This document shows, piece by piece, positions 50,617 to 59,441 of a stretch of DNA of 64,000 nucleotides. The position numbers and the translations under genes were made by a program. Position 1 is the stretch's first letter. Each line of letters starts with the position of its first letter. This stretch comes from a virus (Duplodnaviria; Heunggongvirae; Uroviricota; Caudoviricetes), in the IMG/VR virus record IMGVR_UViG_2541047596_000003; one strand, given 5' to 3'. Under the pieces are notes generated by a model. It had not been told where the DNA came from and did not search any database. It worked only from the letters and a program-made list of their open reading frames with translations.

Positions 50617-51955
50617 TGTCGTTTTCCTCGTCGTCCAGTTCTACTTCCTGCGTTGGCCCTTCATACCCGGCAGCCTCGCGGATCTCGTCACCGTCGAATA
50701 CTTGTTCACCTGTGGCGAGACATGCCTGATTGATTTGCGCCATTTTGTATGCCGCGTCGAGTAGCTCGGCTTTCGTCATGGCGTTAAGGTCGTCCCACAG
50801 TACCGACACGTCGACTGGCATACTGATAAGGCGGAGATCTGCCATCTTGCGGAATAGTTCCTCAAGCTCGCCTCCTATTTCCTCCCGGCGGGTCATACAG
50901 CGGTTATTGAAGTAGCGGAGGTCTTCGGTTGATGCACGCTCACCCTGCTGATTCCCAACCAGGATACGCGTTGGAATGTCGATACCAGCGGCGGCGGTTT
51001 GCAGGTTGACGTCATAGGTAGCTGATGGATCCGCCACGGCAGTAACCAGCGGGCTAACGGTTGCTCCCTGTAATGCCATCATCACATCATTACCTTTATT
51101 TATATCCTCTGCCGCTTCATTGAATTTTTCGCGTAGCTCTGCAACGTCGCAACCGTATGTTGCAGCCAGGGAACGAAAATCAATCTCTTTGTCGAATGAG
51201 ATAGCCAGTTGACGCGCTGCGTTTTTCAGAAAGGATTCACCGCTACCGCCTTCCACTTTCTCCAGCGATACAAAAGCGTTATAGGACGGCTCAAGGAAAG
51301 CGATGGCATCATCAGAATAATCACCGAAGATAAATATGCGATCTGGATGTATCTTTCTTGCTATGGTCTTACTGTTAATGCGCTCCTTGTATTCCCACCA
51401 TGTCGGCAGGCCATAGCTTTCACTTTCCGGATCTTCTTCGAAGTCCTTCGGTGTAAGAGCACCAGCCCATACAGGGGTAAATTTGGCAATGCCTACACCT
51501 TTCGTCACTGGCTGATCCCACGGCTGGTTATCCCTGACGTGAATTAACAGGCCAGCATAACGACCAATGAGGCGGCGGCGATCGCATTCAGCTATGACGC
51601 GCCAGAAACGATTATCAAATCGTTTTTTGATTTCTCTTTCCCACGGCGTTTCCTTTTTTGCTTTCTCGTCTTCCGTACCTTCGATCAGCGTTGGCCTGGT
51701 GCGCCAGCACGTAGTGATGATCTTCTCAATAGCACCGTGAGCGATACCACCGCGACGATACAGTTTGTATAAATCGGCATAGGTGATTTCTTCTTTGAAT
51801 CCGTATTCACTCCACGCAGCATCACGTTTTGCATCAATACCCATTGAGAATGGGTTAGCGGCTGCATAGCGGGCAAAGGCCGCCTGTCGTTGTGACAAGG
51901 CAGCATTAACCGCCAGTTCTACATTAGATGGCATAATGTTTACTCCTGAATACAT
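50561..51955 (-). CDS. portal protein
   Basis: 464 aa downstream of the large terminase, acidic C-terminal tail. Confidence 0.75.
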   Translation of the reverse strand: MYSGVNIMPSNVELAVNAALSQRQAAFARYAAANPFSMGIDAKRDAAWSEYGFKEEITYADLYKLYRRGGIAHGAIEKIITTCWRTRPTLIEGTEDEKAKKETPWEREIKKRFDNRFWRVIAECDRRRLIGRYAGLLIHVRDNQPWDQPVTKGVGIAKFTPVWAGALTPKDFEEDPESESYGLPTWWEYKERINSKTIARKIHPDRIFIFGDYSDDAIAFLEPSYNAFVSLEKVEGGSGESFLKNAARQLAISFDKEIDFRSLAATYGCDVAELREKFNEAAEDINKGNDVMMALQGATVSPLVTAVADPSATYDVNLQTAAAGIDIPTRILVGNQQGERASTEDLRYFNNRCMTRREEIGGELEELFRKMADLRLISMPVDVSVLWDDLNAMTKAELLDAAYKMAQINQACLATGEQVFDGDEIREAAGYEGPTQEVELDDEENDNEGEENNQANTSSRDNAI

Positions 51956-52082
51956 GTTTACGCGTTGCTACGCGAAAAATAGAAAAACTTGCGGGGGATT
52001 GTGGGACAGATTTTATGTAGCCAATTGAGAATTATTCTTGTTCATCTTCGAAAATTTTTCGAAGTTGATAATAATCAATAAC

Positions 52083-53597
52083 TTAAAATCCGCGCAGGCG
52101 TTTAGGTAACATAAGACCCATCGCCTGTGGTTGGCTTAATTCAGTGATCCCCCATACCATCGCATCCATACGGTCAGGGGATTTTTTAGCGGTAGCTGGC
52201 ACATATTCCATCATTTGATTTTCCAGCGTGTACAGGCTGCCAGTGTGGGCTACCCTACCCTGTGCATACAATGCAGATATTGGTTCGGCGCGGGCAAATT
52301 TACCCTTGCTTGCGTGCACCTTAACAATGCGGCCCTTAAATCCTGCATTGCGTAGTGTGGCCTCTGCCATATCACCACCCTGGTTGGTTTCGATAACCAT
52401 CGCGTCAGCTTCATGGATGTTGTAGGCGTTCATTGCTGCTTGCGCCCAGTCATTAGGTGACATGCGGCCTGAGTAGTCACCGTCTACTGAATACTGAGCA
52501 TTCTTGCCACCACCATAAGCGGAACAGGCTACAATCCCTGTTTCGTCTGACTCATCAGATGATGTTGTCGCCGGGTCGATGGCTATCACCGTGCGAATTT
52601 TCTCCTGCGTTATCTGCATCCTGTGCGCGGCGGTTATCATCGCTTCAGTCCACAATGCGCCCTCTTGATCGAACTTGCGCGGACACTGCATATATTGAGC
52701 TTCGAATGTTCGGCGATGTGATTTAAGAGTTGATTCATCTTTATCACTATGCTTATGCAACCATAGCCAGCCATCCGGCAGGTTGTGAGGAACAGGAATA
52801 GCGAATTTGTTTTCCGGGTACAGATCCCAATAGTCAAGACTGTTGTCGATCTTCACTGGCAGGCAAAGGTGATGCCATTTCTCACCACTACCGCCACGTA
52901 ACAGGTAGCCGGATAAATCATCGTAGTGGATACGCTGCATGATGACGATCACTGGCGTTGTTTGCACAGCCAGGCGCGAAGAAAGCGTGTCGTTGTAATT
53001 GGTATTAACCTGCTTTCGCACCACATCAGAATAAGCGTCAGCTGGTTTCAGGGGATCATCAATAATCATTGCGCCGTTAAACCCAGGTTCCATGTACCCG
53101 GCGCGGAACCCTGTCACCTGTCCAAGCGATGACGTCGCATACACGCCGCCACCCTGAGTGGTCCACCACAGGTTTTTCGCGTTCGAATCGTTGCGCATTT
53201 GCATAGGCCACAATTCCTGATATTGCGGCATCGTGATTATGTTTCTTGTCTCTGAGGAATTAAGCAAGGCGAGTCCGTGTGAATACGATACATGCAGGAA
53301 TCTGGTGCGGGGTTCTATTGCGAGGCAGCGGGCCATCATGTGAATTGTGGCAATCATTGTTTTGCCATAGCCCGGTGGGATGTTGATTATCAACCTGGTG
53401 ATTTCACCATTAATAACTCGTTGTAGCGTATCGGCAATTATTCTGTGATGACGCCCAACCAAAAAGTCCTTGCCAACCTGTTGCTTATAAAAGTAGGAAC
53501 TAAAAAACAAAGGTGCTGATATGTCTTTGGGAGCACAACCTTTAACACACAACCCCCTTAGAACCTCTCTGTCAATCTTTGTCGTCGCAGTCTCCAT
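52083..53597 (-). CDS. terminase large subunit
   Basis: 504 aa; ATPase motifs PPGYGKT and MIIDDPLKP; C-terminal nuclease-like region; overlaps the small subunit end. Confidence 0.85.
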   Translation of the reverse strand: METATTKIDREVLRGLCVKGCAPKDISAPLFFSSYFYKQQVGKDFLVGRHHRIIADTLQRVINGEITRLIINIPPGYGKTMIATIHMMARCLAIEPRTRFLHVSYSHGLALLNSSETRNIITMPQYQELWPMQMRNDSNAKNLWWTTQGGGVYATSSLGQVTGFRAGYMEPGFNGAMIIDDPLKPADAYSDVVRKQVNTNYNDTLSSRLAVQTTPVIVIMQRIHYDDLSGYLLRGGSGEKWHHLCLPVKIDNSLDYWDLYPENKFAIPVPHNLPDGWLWLHKHSDKDESTLKSHRRTFEAQYMQCPRKFDQEGALWTEAMITAAHRMQITQEKIRTVIAIDPATTSSDESDETGIVACSAYGGGKNAQYSVDGDYSGRMSPNDWAQAAMNAYNIHEADAMVIETNQGGDMAEATLRNAGFKGRIVKVHASKGKFARAEPISALYAQGRVAHTGSLYTLENQMMEYVPATAKKSPDRMDAMVWGITELSQPQAMGLMLPKRLRGF

Positions 53598-54087
53598 GAG
53601 TATTGTACTCCTTATTCAGGTTATCGATTATCTCAAGGACAGTAGTCTGATTTACTTCTACCTGGACGGGTGCTTCTTCCTTGTTACCGACGATCTCCTG
53701 TGTGACGCGTTCGCCGTATTTGCGCGGCTGGAGTTTTGCCAGTAGCCACTTGCGTGTCTCAATCATCAGTTGATGGCGGCGCAATTGGTCCTTATCTGCG
53801 TTCTCTGCGGCATCAGCCAGATCGATGATTTCATCAGCCAACACCTCGAAGCCGATCTCCTTCGCGCGTACATACATGTCCGAAAATTCAGGCACATCAC
53901 GAAACCATTTCAGGATTGTTGAACGGGTAGGCATACCAGGCATTTTTGATATTTTGTTAATACTCTGACCGTCCGCTACCAGTTCGCAGATCTCTAACGC
54001 TTTCTCTTCGGTATAACCATGCGGACGGCCCACCTTTTTAGCGGCTGGCTTTTTGTCGTCAGCTTTTGCATTTTTAGTGCGGGCCAT
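53572..54087 (-). CDS. terminase small subunit
   Basis: 171 aa with N-terminal HTH-like region, immediately upstream of the large subunit. Confidence 0.65.
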   Translation of the reverse strand: MARTKNAKADDKKPAAKKVGRPHGYTEEKALEICELVADGQSINKISKMPGMPTRSTILKWFRDVPEFSDMYVRAKEIGFEVLADEIIDLADAAENADKDQLRRHQLMIETRKWLLAKLQPRKYGERVTQEIVGNKEEAPVQVEVNQTTVLEIIDNLNKEYNTHGDCDDKD

Positions 54088-54252
54088 AATTCACCTCTCA
54101 ATATTTATTGATGATATATACGCAAGCAACAAAACTTGCACAGTATGTTAATACTTCCAACCAATCGAATAGCTCCTTCATTGTTTGCCCTTTATGTGAA
54201 GAAAACGATAACGACTAATAACGTGCATATAGCCATGATTAAGAAATCGCCG

Positions 54253-54327
54253 TCAGACATTAATAATAAGCCCCACAATAACAACCGCAGCGATACATAC
54301 GAATAATACGGCTTCGATAGCTTCCAT
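54253..54327 (-). CDS. micro-ORF 7, 24-aa hydrophobic peptide MEAIEAVLFVCIAAVVIVGLIINV
   Basis: ATG 54327, SD AGGTGA, TGA at 54253-54255; single predicted TM. Confidence 0.3.
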   Translation of the reverse strand: MEAIEAVLFVCIAAVVIVGLIINV

Positions 54328-54335
54328 ATATTCAC

Positions 54336-54404
54336 CTATTGAGTCAGCGCGGTCATGGTAAGAACAATCGCAACGATCAGGAAAAAGAAATCAAGCCATT
54401 TCAT
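54336..54404 (-). CDS. micro-ORF 6, 22-aa hydrophobic peptide MKWLDFFFLIVAIVLTMTALTQ
   Basis: ATG 54404 overlaps the upstream stop as ATGA. Confidence 0.3.
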   Translation of the reverse strand: MKWLDFFFLIVAIVLTMTALTQ

Positions 54405-54481
54405 TTTTTAAACTCCCGATAAACATCTACGGCAATGACTACAACTACAGCCACCAGCAATAGCATTTCGTATGCGTTCAT
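54401..54481 (-). CDS. micro-ORF 5, 26-aa hydrophobic peptide MNAYEMLLLVAVVVVIAVDVYREFKK
   Basis: ATG 54481 with SD GAAGGT. Confidence 0.3.
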   Translation of the reverse strand: MNAYEMLLLVAVVVVIAVDVYREFKK

Positions 54482-54492
54482 TGTGGATACCT

Positions 54493-54567
54493 TCAGCTTT
54501 CAATGAATATCATGATCGCCAGCCATACAGCGACGCAGGCAGAAAGGATAATTAGCGGGTCAATCAT
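54493..54567 (-). CDS. micro-ORF 4, 24-aa hydrophobic peptide MIDPLIILSACVAVWLAIMIFIES
   Basis: ATG 54567 with SD GGGGTGA. Confidence 0.3.
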   Translation of the reverse strand: MIDPLIILSACVAVWLAIMIFIES

Positions 54568-54572
54568 ATTTT

Positions 54573-54683
54573 TCACCCCACCAAATACTTGATATATACG
54601 TTTATCAGCGCAACTATAATAGAACCAGCAAGAAACACAGAAACGCCGATTAATCCGGCAATGATGTAAGCGTCCATAATCAT
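54573..54683 (-). CDS. micro-ORF 3, 36-aa hydrophobic peptide MIMDAYIIAGLIGVSVFLAGSIIVALINVYIKYLVG
   Basis: ATG 54683 with SD GGAAG; shares MDAY(I/L) start with micro-ORF 2; translation checked codon by codon. Confidence 0.35.
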   Translation of the reverse strand: MIMDAYIIAGLIGVSVFLAGSIIVALINVYIKYLVG

Positions 54684-54745
54684 TACTTCCACAACAAAAA
54701 CAATATTACAGCCGCCGCCATTCCGATAAATAAATAAGCGTCCAT
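54683..54745 (-). CDS. micro-ORF 2, 20-aa hydrophobic peptide MDAYLFIGMAAAVILFLLWK
   Basis: ATG 54745; stop overlaps the next start. Confidence 0.3.
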   Translation of the reverse strand: MDAYLFIGMAAAVILFLLWK

Positions 54746-54747
54746 AA

Positions 54748-54837
54748 TCAGTCTCGCATAGACATAACTACCAGAAACAGGCAAAGGATGAATCCAGCCG
54801 CCATCCCGCCGACGAAAGTTAGTATTGACGCAATCAT
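54748..54837 (-). CDS. micro-ORF 1, 29-aa hydrophobic peptide MIASILTFVGGMAAGFILCLFLVVMSMRD
   Basis: ATG 54837 with SD GAGG, 5 nt after the HExxH gene stop; translation checked codon by codon. Confidence 0.35.
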   Translation of the reverse strand: MIASILTFVGGMAAGFILCLFLVVMSMRD

Positions 54838-54839
54838 AA

Positions 54840-55382
54840 TCAGCCTCGTTTAAAACTCATAACACGCGGTACAAGCGCTTCTTTTGCTTTCGGCTTACGT
54901 TTACCTTTCTTCGCTGGCTTTTCTTCTTCCTTCGGCTGTTCTGCCTGTTCCAGCGCCTGATCGACGACTTCTGCCGCCTGCATTGCTGCAACCTGTGCTT
55001 CGTTTGATTCTGCTAGGATAGGGAAAAACGCATCGAAGATACGGCCTACCATGTAAGCGTAAGTCTCATTCGCCGGATGGGTAGGATCCGTGGTAGCCAC
55101 GACGCCTACATCACTTAAAACGTGGAATGTAGTGTGGGCGCATTCATGGACCAGCGTTCCCAACTCATTGTTGAATACTGCGATCACGTAGAAGTTACCA
55201 CCATTCTCGCCAGTGCAAGTAAGCGTTAATCCTCCAGCCAACTCGAAATCAGGTTCAATCGGAATTCCTGCCTTTTCGCAAAATTCATAGAACATCTCGC
55301 GGGTCGGGCAAAAGAAAACGGTTGTATGCTCAAAGAGTGGGATCTTAAATTGAGGCAATTTAATGCCTTTAGCCTTAGCCAT
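54840..55382 (-). CDS. HExxH-motif protein, putative zinc metallopeptidase
   Basis: 180 aa with SD AGGAGA; LVHECAHTTFH motif; Lys-rich C-terminal tail. Confidence 0.5.
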   Translation of the reverse strand: MAKAKGIKLPQFKIPLFEHTTVFFCPTREMFYEFCEKAGIPIEPDFELAGGLTLTCTGENGGNFYVIAVFNNELGTLVHECAHTTFHVLSDVGVVATTDPTHPANETYAYMVGRIFDAFFPILAESNEAQVAAMQAAEVVDQALEQAEQPKEEEKPAKKGKRKPKAKEALVPRVMSFKRG

Positions 55383-55661
55383 CAGAATAATCTCCTATTC
55401 TGAAAAATATAACCCCCGCAAAACTCGACACCGCAGGGAGTGAAAACAGTTATAAAACACTGAAAACGGCGCTTCATCAGTACCGTTTCCAGAATTTTAT
55501 AAAATTGGTGAATGGCGCTTTCTTCTACCCAGGTAGCGCCTGACCTGTTAATGGGACTGTTGATCCGGTATTACGTGTTTTTGACTATTCCGCCGTCGCT
55601 CGCGGGAAGGATTGGCCCGGTTATGGCTGGCTGACAGAAACGGCGACACGTCCACGCGCTG

Positions 55662-56150
55662 CTATTCTTTGCGTAAACACTGAGTTTTGATGTAGTCCTG
55701 TAGGCCAGTGATCTGTGCGTCTTTCTCTTTTAGTTGTTCTCTGAGGGATAGATAAGATTGTCTAGCAGTGGCATCAAGCTCGCAGGTGGCTCCATCAATG
55801 CGGCTGGCGGTCGCGGCGGGGTCGGACACTCGCACGGGTATTGCGTTGACGCGCAACCGGATAGTACCGTTATCAATGCCAGTGCGCAGATCGGCAATGT
55901 CAGATCTGATAGCTTTAATCTCATCGTGATACCTCTTATCAAGTTTTGACAGTTCGGCGTTTCGCTCCTTCATCTGCTGAATAGTGTTACTTGCCGTTTT
56001 CAGTGCGCCTTTCGTTACCGTGACTTCTTCCTGTAACCTTGCCGCCTCACCCTGGTAATAACATGTTACGGCGGTCAGTCCGGCAATAATGCAAACAACA
56101 GCGGCGAAAATTAACGCCTTCACCTTGTCCACGTTTCCCCCCATTCGCAA
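55662..56150 (-). CDS. Rz-like i-spanin
   Basis: 162 aa, N-terminal TM plus coiled coil, contains embedded lipoprotein ORF. Confidence 0.75.
   Translation of the reverse strand: MRMGGNVDKVKALIFAAVVCIIAGLTAVTCYYQGEAARLQEEVTVTKGALKTASNTIQQMKERNAELSKLDKRYHDEIKAIRSDIADLRTGIDNGTIRLRVNAIPVRVSDPAATASRIDGATCELDATARQSYLSLREQLKEKDAQITGLQDYIKTQCLRKE
55730..55924 (-). CDS. Rz1-like o-spanin lipoprotein (embedded)
   Basis: ATG 55924; [24 protein letters not shown] lipobox then proline-rich body; ORF track start 55942. Confidence 0.6.
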   Translation of the reverse strand: MRLKLSDLTLPICALALITVLSGCASTQYPCECPTPPRPPAALMEPPASLMPLLDNLIYPSENN

Positions 56151-56611
56151 ACGGCATATTCAACCTCGCGGCGGTTTACCAGGCCTTGCCACTTCTTACC
56201 GCCAGCGTATACCCAGCGTTTAAGCTGTGCGCACGCTTCTGATTTCTTGCCGTCATTGAGTAGTTTTAGTAAGGTTGATGTTTTGAAGTTGGTAGCGCCT
56301 ACGTTATAGGCGAATGAATAAAGTGCTGCGCGGGTAAAATCTGATATTTCGACTTTGATATATGGGTCAATCGCTTTTGCGGTCTTGTGTAGATCTTTAT
56401 TTAACAAAGCATCGCATTCTGATTGCGTGTAAGTCTTACCAAGCATGATGTCTTTTCCGACGTGTCCATAACATATCGTGTAAACACCGATGACATCTCT
56501 GTATGGCTTATACTCAACGCCTTCAAGATCTTTTATCATCACCGCCGCAATAGCGATCGCCCCACCAGCCGCCGCCGCAACAATCTTGTTTTTCAGCGAT
56601 TGGCTAATCAT
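56120..56611 (-). CDS. phage lysozyme / endolysin
   Basis: 163 aa paralogous to the Rac-type endolysin at 4445-4942. Confidence 0.85.
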   Translation of the reverse strand: MISQSLKNKIVAAAAGGAIAIAAVMIKDLEGVEYKPYRDVIGVYTICYGHVGKDIMLGKTYTQSECDALLNKDLHKTAKAIDPYIKVEISDFTRAALYSFAYNVGATNFKTSTLLKLLNDGKKSEACAQLKRWVYAGGKKWQGLVNRREVEYAVCEWGETWTR

Positions 56612-56812
56612 TTACTTATTCCCCATTCGCGCGTCGTGTTCCTCTTGCGCCCGCTTGTTCTCCTGTGATTTGAAGTAATAATTAACGGCAAATGTGCCTA
56701 CGGTTGATAAGATACCAACGAAAACAGCGATGTCATTGATGGTTATCGCGCCGAAAAAAGCAGTTACGGCCCCAGTCACATACGCACACGCCTCCCGTAT
56801 TCTGTCGAACAT
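56612..56812 (-). CDS. holin
   Basis: 66 aa with two hydrophobic helices and charged C-terminus, directly upstream of the endolysin, SD GGAGG. Confidence 0.7.
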   Translation of the reverse strand: MFDRIREACAYVTGAVTAFFGAITINDIAVFVGILSTVGTFAVNYYFKSQENKRAQEEHDARMGNK

Positions 56813-56830
56813 AGATTTTCCTCCAACAAA

Positions 56831-56855
56831 GCAAAAACCCGGCGCGGGGCCGGGT
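56831..56855 (-). terminator. rho-independent terminator just upstream of the holin
   Basis: CCCGGC-GCGGG-GCCGGG followed on the minus transcript by UUUUUGCUUU. Confidence 0.5.
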
Positions 56856-56919
56856 AATTACAATTTCGCATTGTTAGGAAATATTTTAATCTGTTTGTTT
56901 GCGCTCTACAAATACGGCG

Positions 56920-57147
56920 TTAACGATAAGGTCCAAGCAAACGAACAAGCCATTCTTTGTATTTGACGGCAACGTGTTTTGGTGCAAAATATCCTTGCAC
57001 TTCCTTACCGCCTCGCCACTCCCTTCTAAATTCGCACTCGTTTTGATACTCCTTTCCGCTTTTACTATCCAGCCAGCAAGCAGGTGAGTAACCTTTTTCA
57101 CTTCCGAACCGATGCCATATTGATGACAGCAAAACCCTTTCTTCCAT
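56920..57147 (-). CDS. hypothetical small protein upstream of the lysis cassette
   Basis: 75 aa ORF at the position where an antiterminator would be expected; no recognisable Q features. Confidence 0.3.
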   Translation of the reverse strand: MEERVLLSSIWHRFGSEKGYSPACWLDSKSGKEYQNECEFRREWRGGKEVQGYFAPKHVAVKYKEWLVRLLGPYR

Positions 57148-57342
57148 ATTACCCCCAACAAATACGGCTTTACTGCTTTCTGTATATCAGGCCATTATCA
57201 AGCAATGTTTGCATGTGTTCGCGATCCATGCCGCTTGATTCCCAATGTGGATCGTCATCAGGTCTTATCATCACCTTATTACCTTTAAGTAAATAGACGA
57301 TGTTAAATACCTTATGCAAATAGATGCCGTCTTCGATCTCGT

Positions 57343-57525
57343 TCACAGGTCGCTAACCTTCACCACGTCGCCGTTATAAAGCATGATTTCAATTATTTCC
57401 CGCGTCATATCCATGAATGGCTCTTTCCACTCGCCACCATCGATACTGATACGAATATCATTACCCTCCACGCGGTAAAACATTTCATCAATGAGGTTCA
57501 CGGCGTATATACCATCTTCAATCAT
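57343..57525 (-). CDS. hypothetical early-region protein
   Basis: 60 aa, coupled array. Confidence 0.4.
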   Translation of the reverse strand: MIEDGIYAVNLIDEMFYRVEGNDIRISIDGGEWKEPFMDMTREIIEIMLYNGDVVKVSDL

Positions 57526-57750
57526 TTAATCGCCCTCTTTAAACATCCTGAACTTAATATCGCCAATCTTGCTCCAATGTCCGTGATTAAACATCGTGAT
57601 AACTTCTTTCGCTGTCACAGGTAAAACCGTTTCATGCCACGGTTCAAACTGGCGTGATCGCATCATTACGTGTTCACCTTCAAGGCGATAATAAGCGCGT
57701 GACACCAATGACTGATAAACGCCGTCATATTGATGGTCGCTATTTCCCAT
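57526..57750 (-). CDS. hypothetical early-region protein
   Basis: 74 aa, coupled array. Confidence 0.4.
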   Translation of the reverse strand: MGNSDHQYDGVYQSLVSRAYYRLEGEHVMMRSRQFEPWHETVLPVTAKEVITMFNHGHWSKIGDIKFRMFKEGD

Positions 57751-57940
57751 TTTTACGCTCCTTAATGGCTCGCTTAATCTGCACTAGCGTTGCATCGAAG
57801 AAAGCGATAAACACCGCTACAGGCCAGAAAGGAATCTCAAGGCCACCACGATCGAGATCGTTATATTTGATGAAACAAGACATCAGGATAGCGCCAGCGA
57901 TATAAAGGAGAAATACAGCAAAGATAAGACATTCAATCAT
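57740..57940 (-). CDS. small membrane protein (two TM helices)
   Basis: 66 aa, MIECLIFAVFLLYIAGAILMSCF... and PFWPVAVFIAFF... Confidence 0.4.
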   Translation of the reverse strand: MIECLIFAVFLLYIAGAILMSCFIKYNDLDRGGLEIPFWPVAVFIAFFDATLVQIKRAIKERKNGK

Positions 57941-58075
57941 CCTCTTTCTCCCCGCCTAAATGTTGATATATTTTTTCAGCATTTTCCCCGCGCTCAAAAC
58001 AATAATGCTCAAACATGCGCCAGTGTTCACTAAGAAACATAACAATAAACTTGTTTACGTATTCGTCATCCATCG

Positions 58076-58387
58076 TTAATCATCCTCTTCATCGTCTTCT
58101 TGTTCAGCTAGGAAATCATCGACAGAACAGTAAGTAACTGGCGGGATATATTCGAAGTCATCCGTATCAAGATCGAGCGTCCTGCTGTCGCCGTCGTCGT
58201 CAATCGTATTCATTCCTAACTCACCGAAAGGGCCGTACCCAATGTGGCCCAGGTATTCGCAACCAATCGTAAACCCAGGGTATTCGCCTTTACACCGGAT
58301 TTTGTAAGGTTTATTTGATGCGCTCAATTTCCGACCCTCCACTTTCTGCTTCAGTGATTTTGTATTCTGCCGCCAGTTCAGCGCCAA
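58076..58387 (-). CDS. acidic small protein (start uncertain)
   Basis: C-terminal ~45 aa are ~45% Asp/Glu; track start overlaps upstream gene by 77 nt, internal ATG at 58213 possible. Confidence 0.4.
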   Translation of the reverse strand: MALNWRQNTKSLKQKVEGRKLSASNKPYKIRCKGEYPGFTIGCEYLGHIGYGPFGELGMNTIDDDGDSRTLDLDTDDFEYIPPVTYCSVDDFLAEQEDDEEDD

Positions 58388-58634
58388 GCAATTCCACTTC
58401 CATATTAGCGATACCCTGGAACATCAGATAGGCAAAAACTAGGCTTTTAATTCTATCCGGGTCTTCAAGATGGTCTGCATTAAAAGGCGGTTCCGATACG
58501 TGGAAGCATTTAACATGCGCATCGTCTTCAGTGGCTACACGGAAACATGCGCCAGGTTGCCCGGCGAATTCCCCCAATCTTTCTTCGTTCGGTAAAGTAC
58601 CACGGAAAACTTTAACGCTGATAAATTTAGTCAT
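58311..58634 (-). CDS. hypothetical early-region protein
   Basis: 107 aa ORF. Confidence 0.45.
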   Translation of the reverse strand: MTKFISVKVFRGTLPNEERLGEFAGQPGACFRVATEDDAHVKCFHVSEPPFNADHLEDPDRIKSLVFAYLMFQGIANMEVELLGAELAAEYKITEAESGGSEIERIK

Positions 58635-58637
58635 TGT

Positions 58638-58892
58638 TTATTCTCCTTCGTAAAGAGTTGCCACCAGTTCGGCATCTGTTAGCGTGTTATAATCTGTATA
58701 AAACCCGCAACGCATAAGTGAAGAAAGGCCAGCCACTTTGCACCACATAGGGGTCGATTCGCTCAAATATTCATTCTCCCTTTTTTCGCTGTATTCCAGT
58801 TCATAAAACCGACTATTGTTAACACTCTCAATTACACGGCTGTATGTGCCATCAAGCCTACTAACTCCGCGCCATAGTCTGATCACAACCAT
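58638..58892 (-). CDS. hypothetical early-region protein
   Basis: 84 aa ORF. Confidence 0.4.
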   Translation of the reverse strand: MVVIRLWRGVSRLDGTYSRVIESVNNSRFYELEYSEKRENEYLSESTPMWCKVAGLSSLMRCGFYTDYNTLTDAELVATLYEGE

Positions 58893-58931
58893 AATTTCTA
58901 CTCCGTTTGATGGGGCTATTCGGCCCCGTGT

Positions 58932-59072
58932 TTATTCTTCTTCTCCTCCTCTAAATCCTAAGCACTCCGCGTATTCGTCAATGCTTAATGCTTCTTCACC
59001 TGGTGCCAATACTTCAAAGTAGCGGGCGTATAGTTCGAAAACCCAGGCCGGATATTTAGCGTTAGCGTTCAT
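58932..59072 (-). CDS. hypothetical small protein (46 aa)
   Basis: Hand-translated MNANAKYPAWVFELYARYFEVLAPGEEALSIDEYAECLGFRGGEEE with SD AAGGGGG; below track cutoff. Confidence 0.3.
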   Translation of the reverse strand: MNANAKYPAWVFELYARYFEVLAPGEEALSIDEYAECLGFRGGEEE

Positions 59073-59081
59073 GGTTCCCCC

Positions 59082-59360
59082 TTATGCCATGCGTGCAAAT
59101 TCAAGTGATTTGCATTCGTAGTCTTCCTCTGCCTGTTCGATGACTGCCATCATCATTTCGTTTGCGTTGTTGAATGCGTTGCTTTGTGCGAACTTGTCGG
59201 CTCCACCTTCTTCTTCGAACTCCGCGTTGTTTGCTGCAATGTAGTGATATTCGATGTTGTTCAGGTAAGGGCTTGCAGCGTGTGCTGGGTCTTCTTTCTC
59301 CACCATCTCCCAAAATGCGTTTAAGCGAGATTCGACTTCTTTGTTAATCCAGCGTTTCAT
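59082..59360 (-). CDS. hypothetical early-region protein
   Basis: 92 aa ORF. Confidence 0.45.
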   Translation of the reverse strand: MKRWINKEVESRLNAFWEMVEKEDPAHAASPYLNNIEYHYIAANNAEFEEEGGADKFAQSNAFNNANEMMMAVIEQAEEDYECKSLEFARMA

Positions 59361-59441
59361 TTTTCTACCCTCCGCATCGTTCTCTCTTCAGCTTCTTTAT
59401 AACAAAATGGCACTTCCGAAACAATGCCATTTCGTAAACCT

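Noticed and set aside
56694-57161. Plus-strand ORFs of 62-91 aa antisense to the region upstream of the holin
   Set aside because: No start signals and opposite to the uniformly minus-strand organisation; judged spurious.
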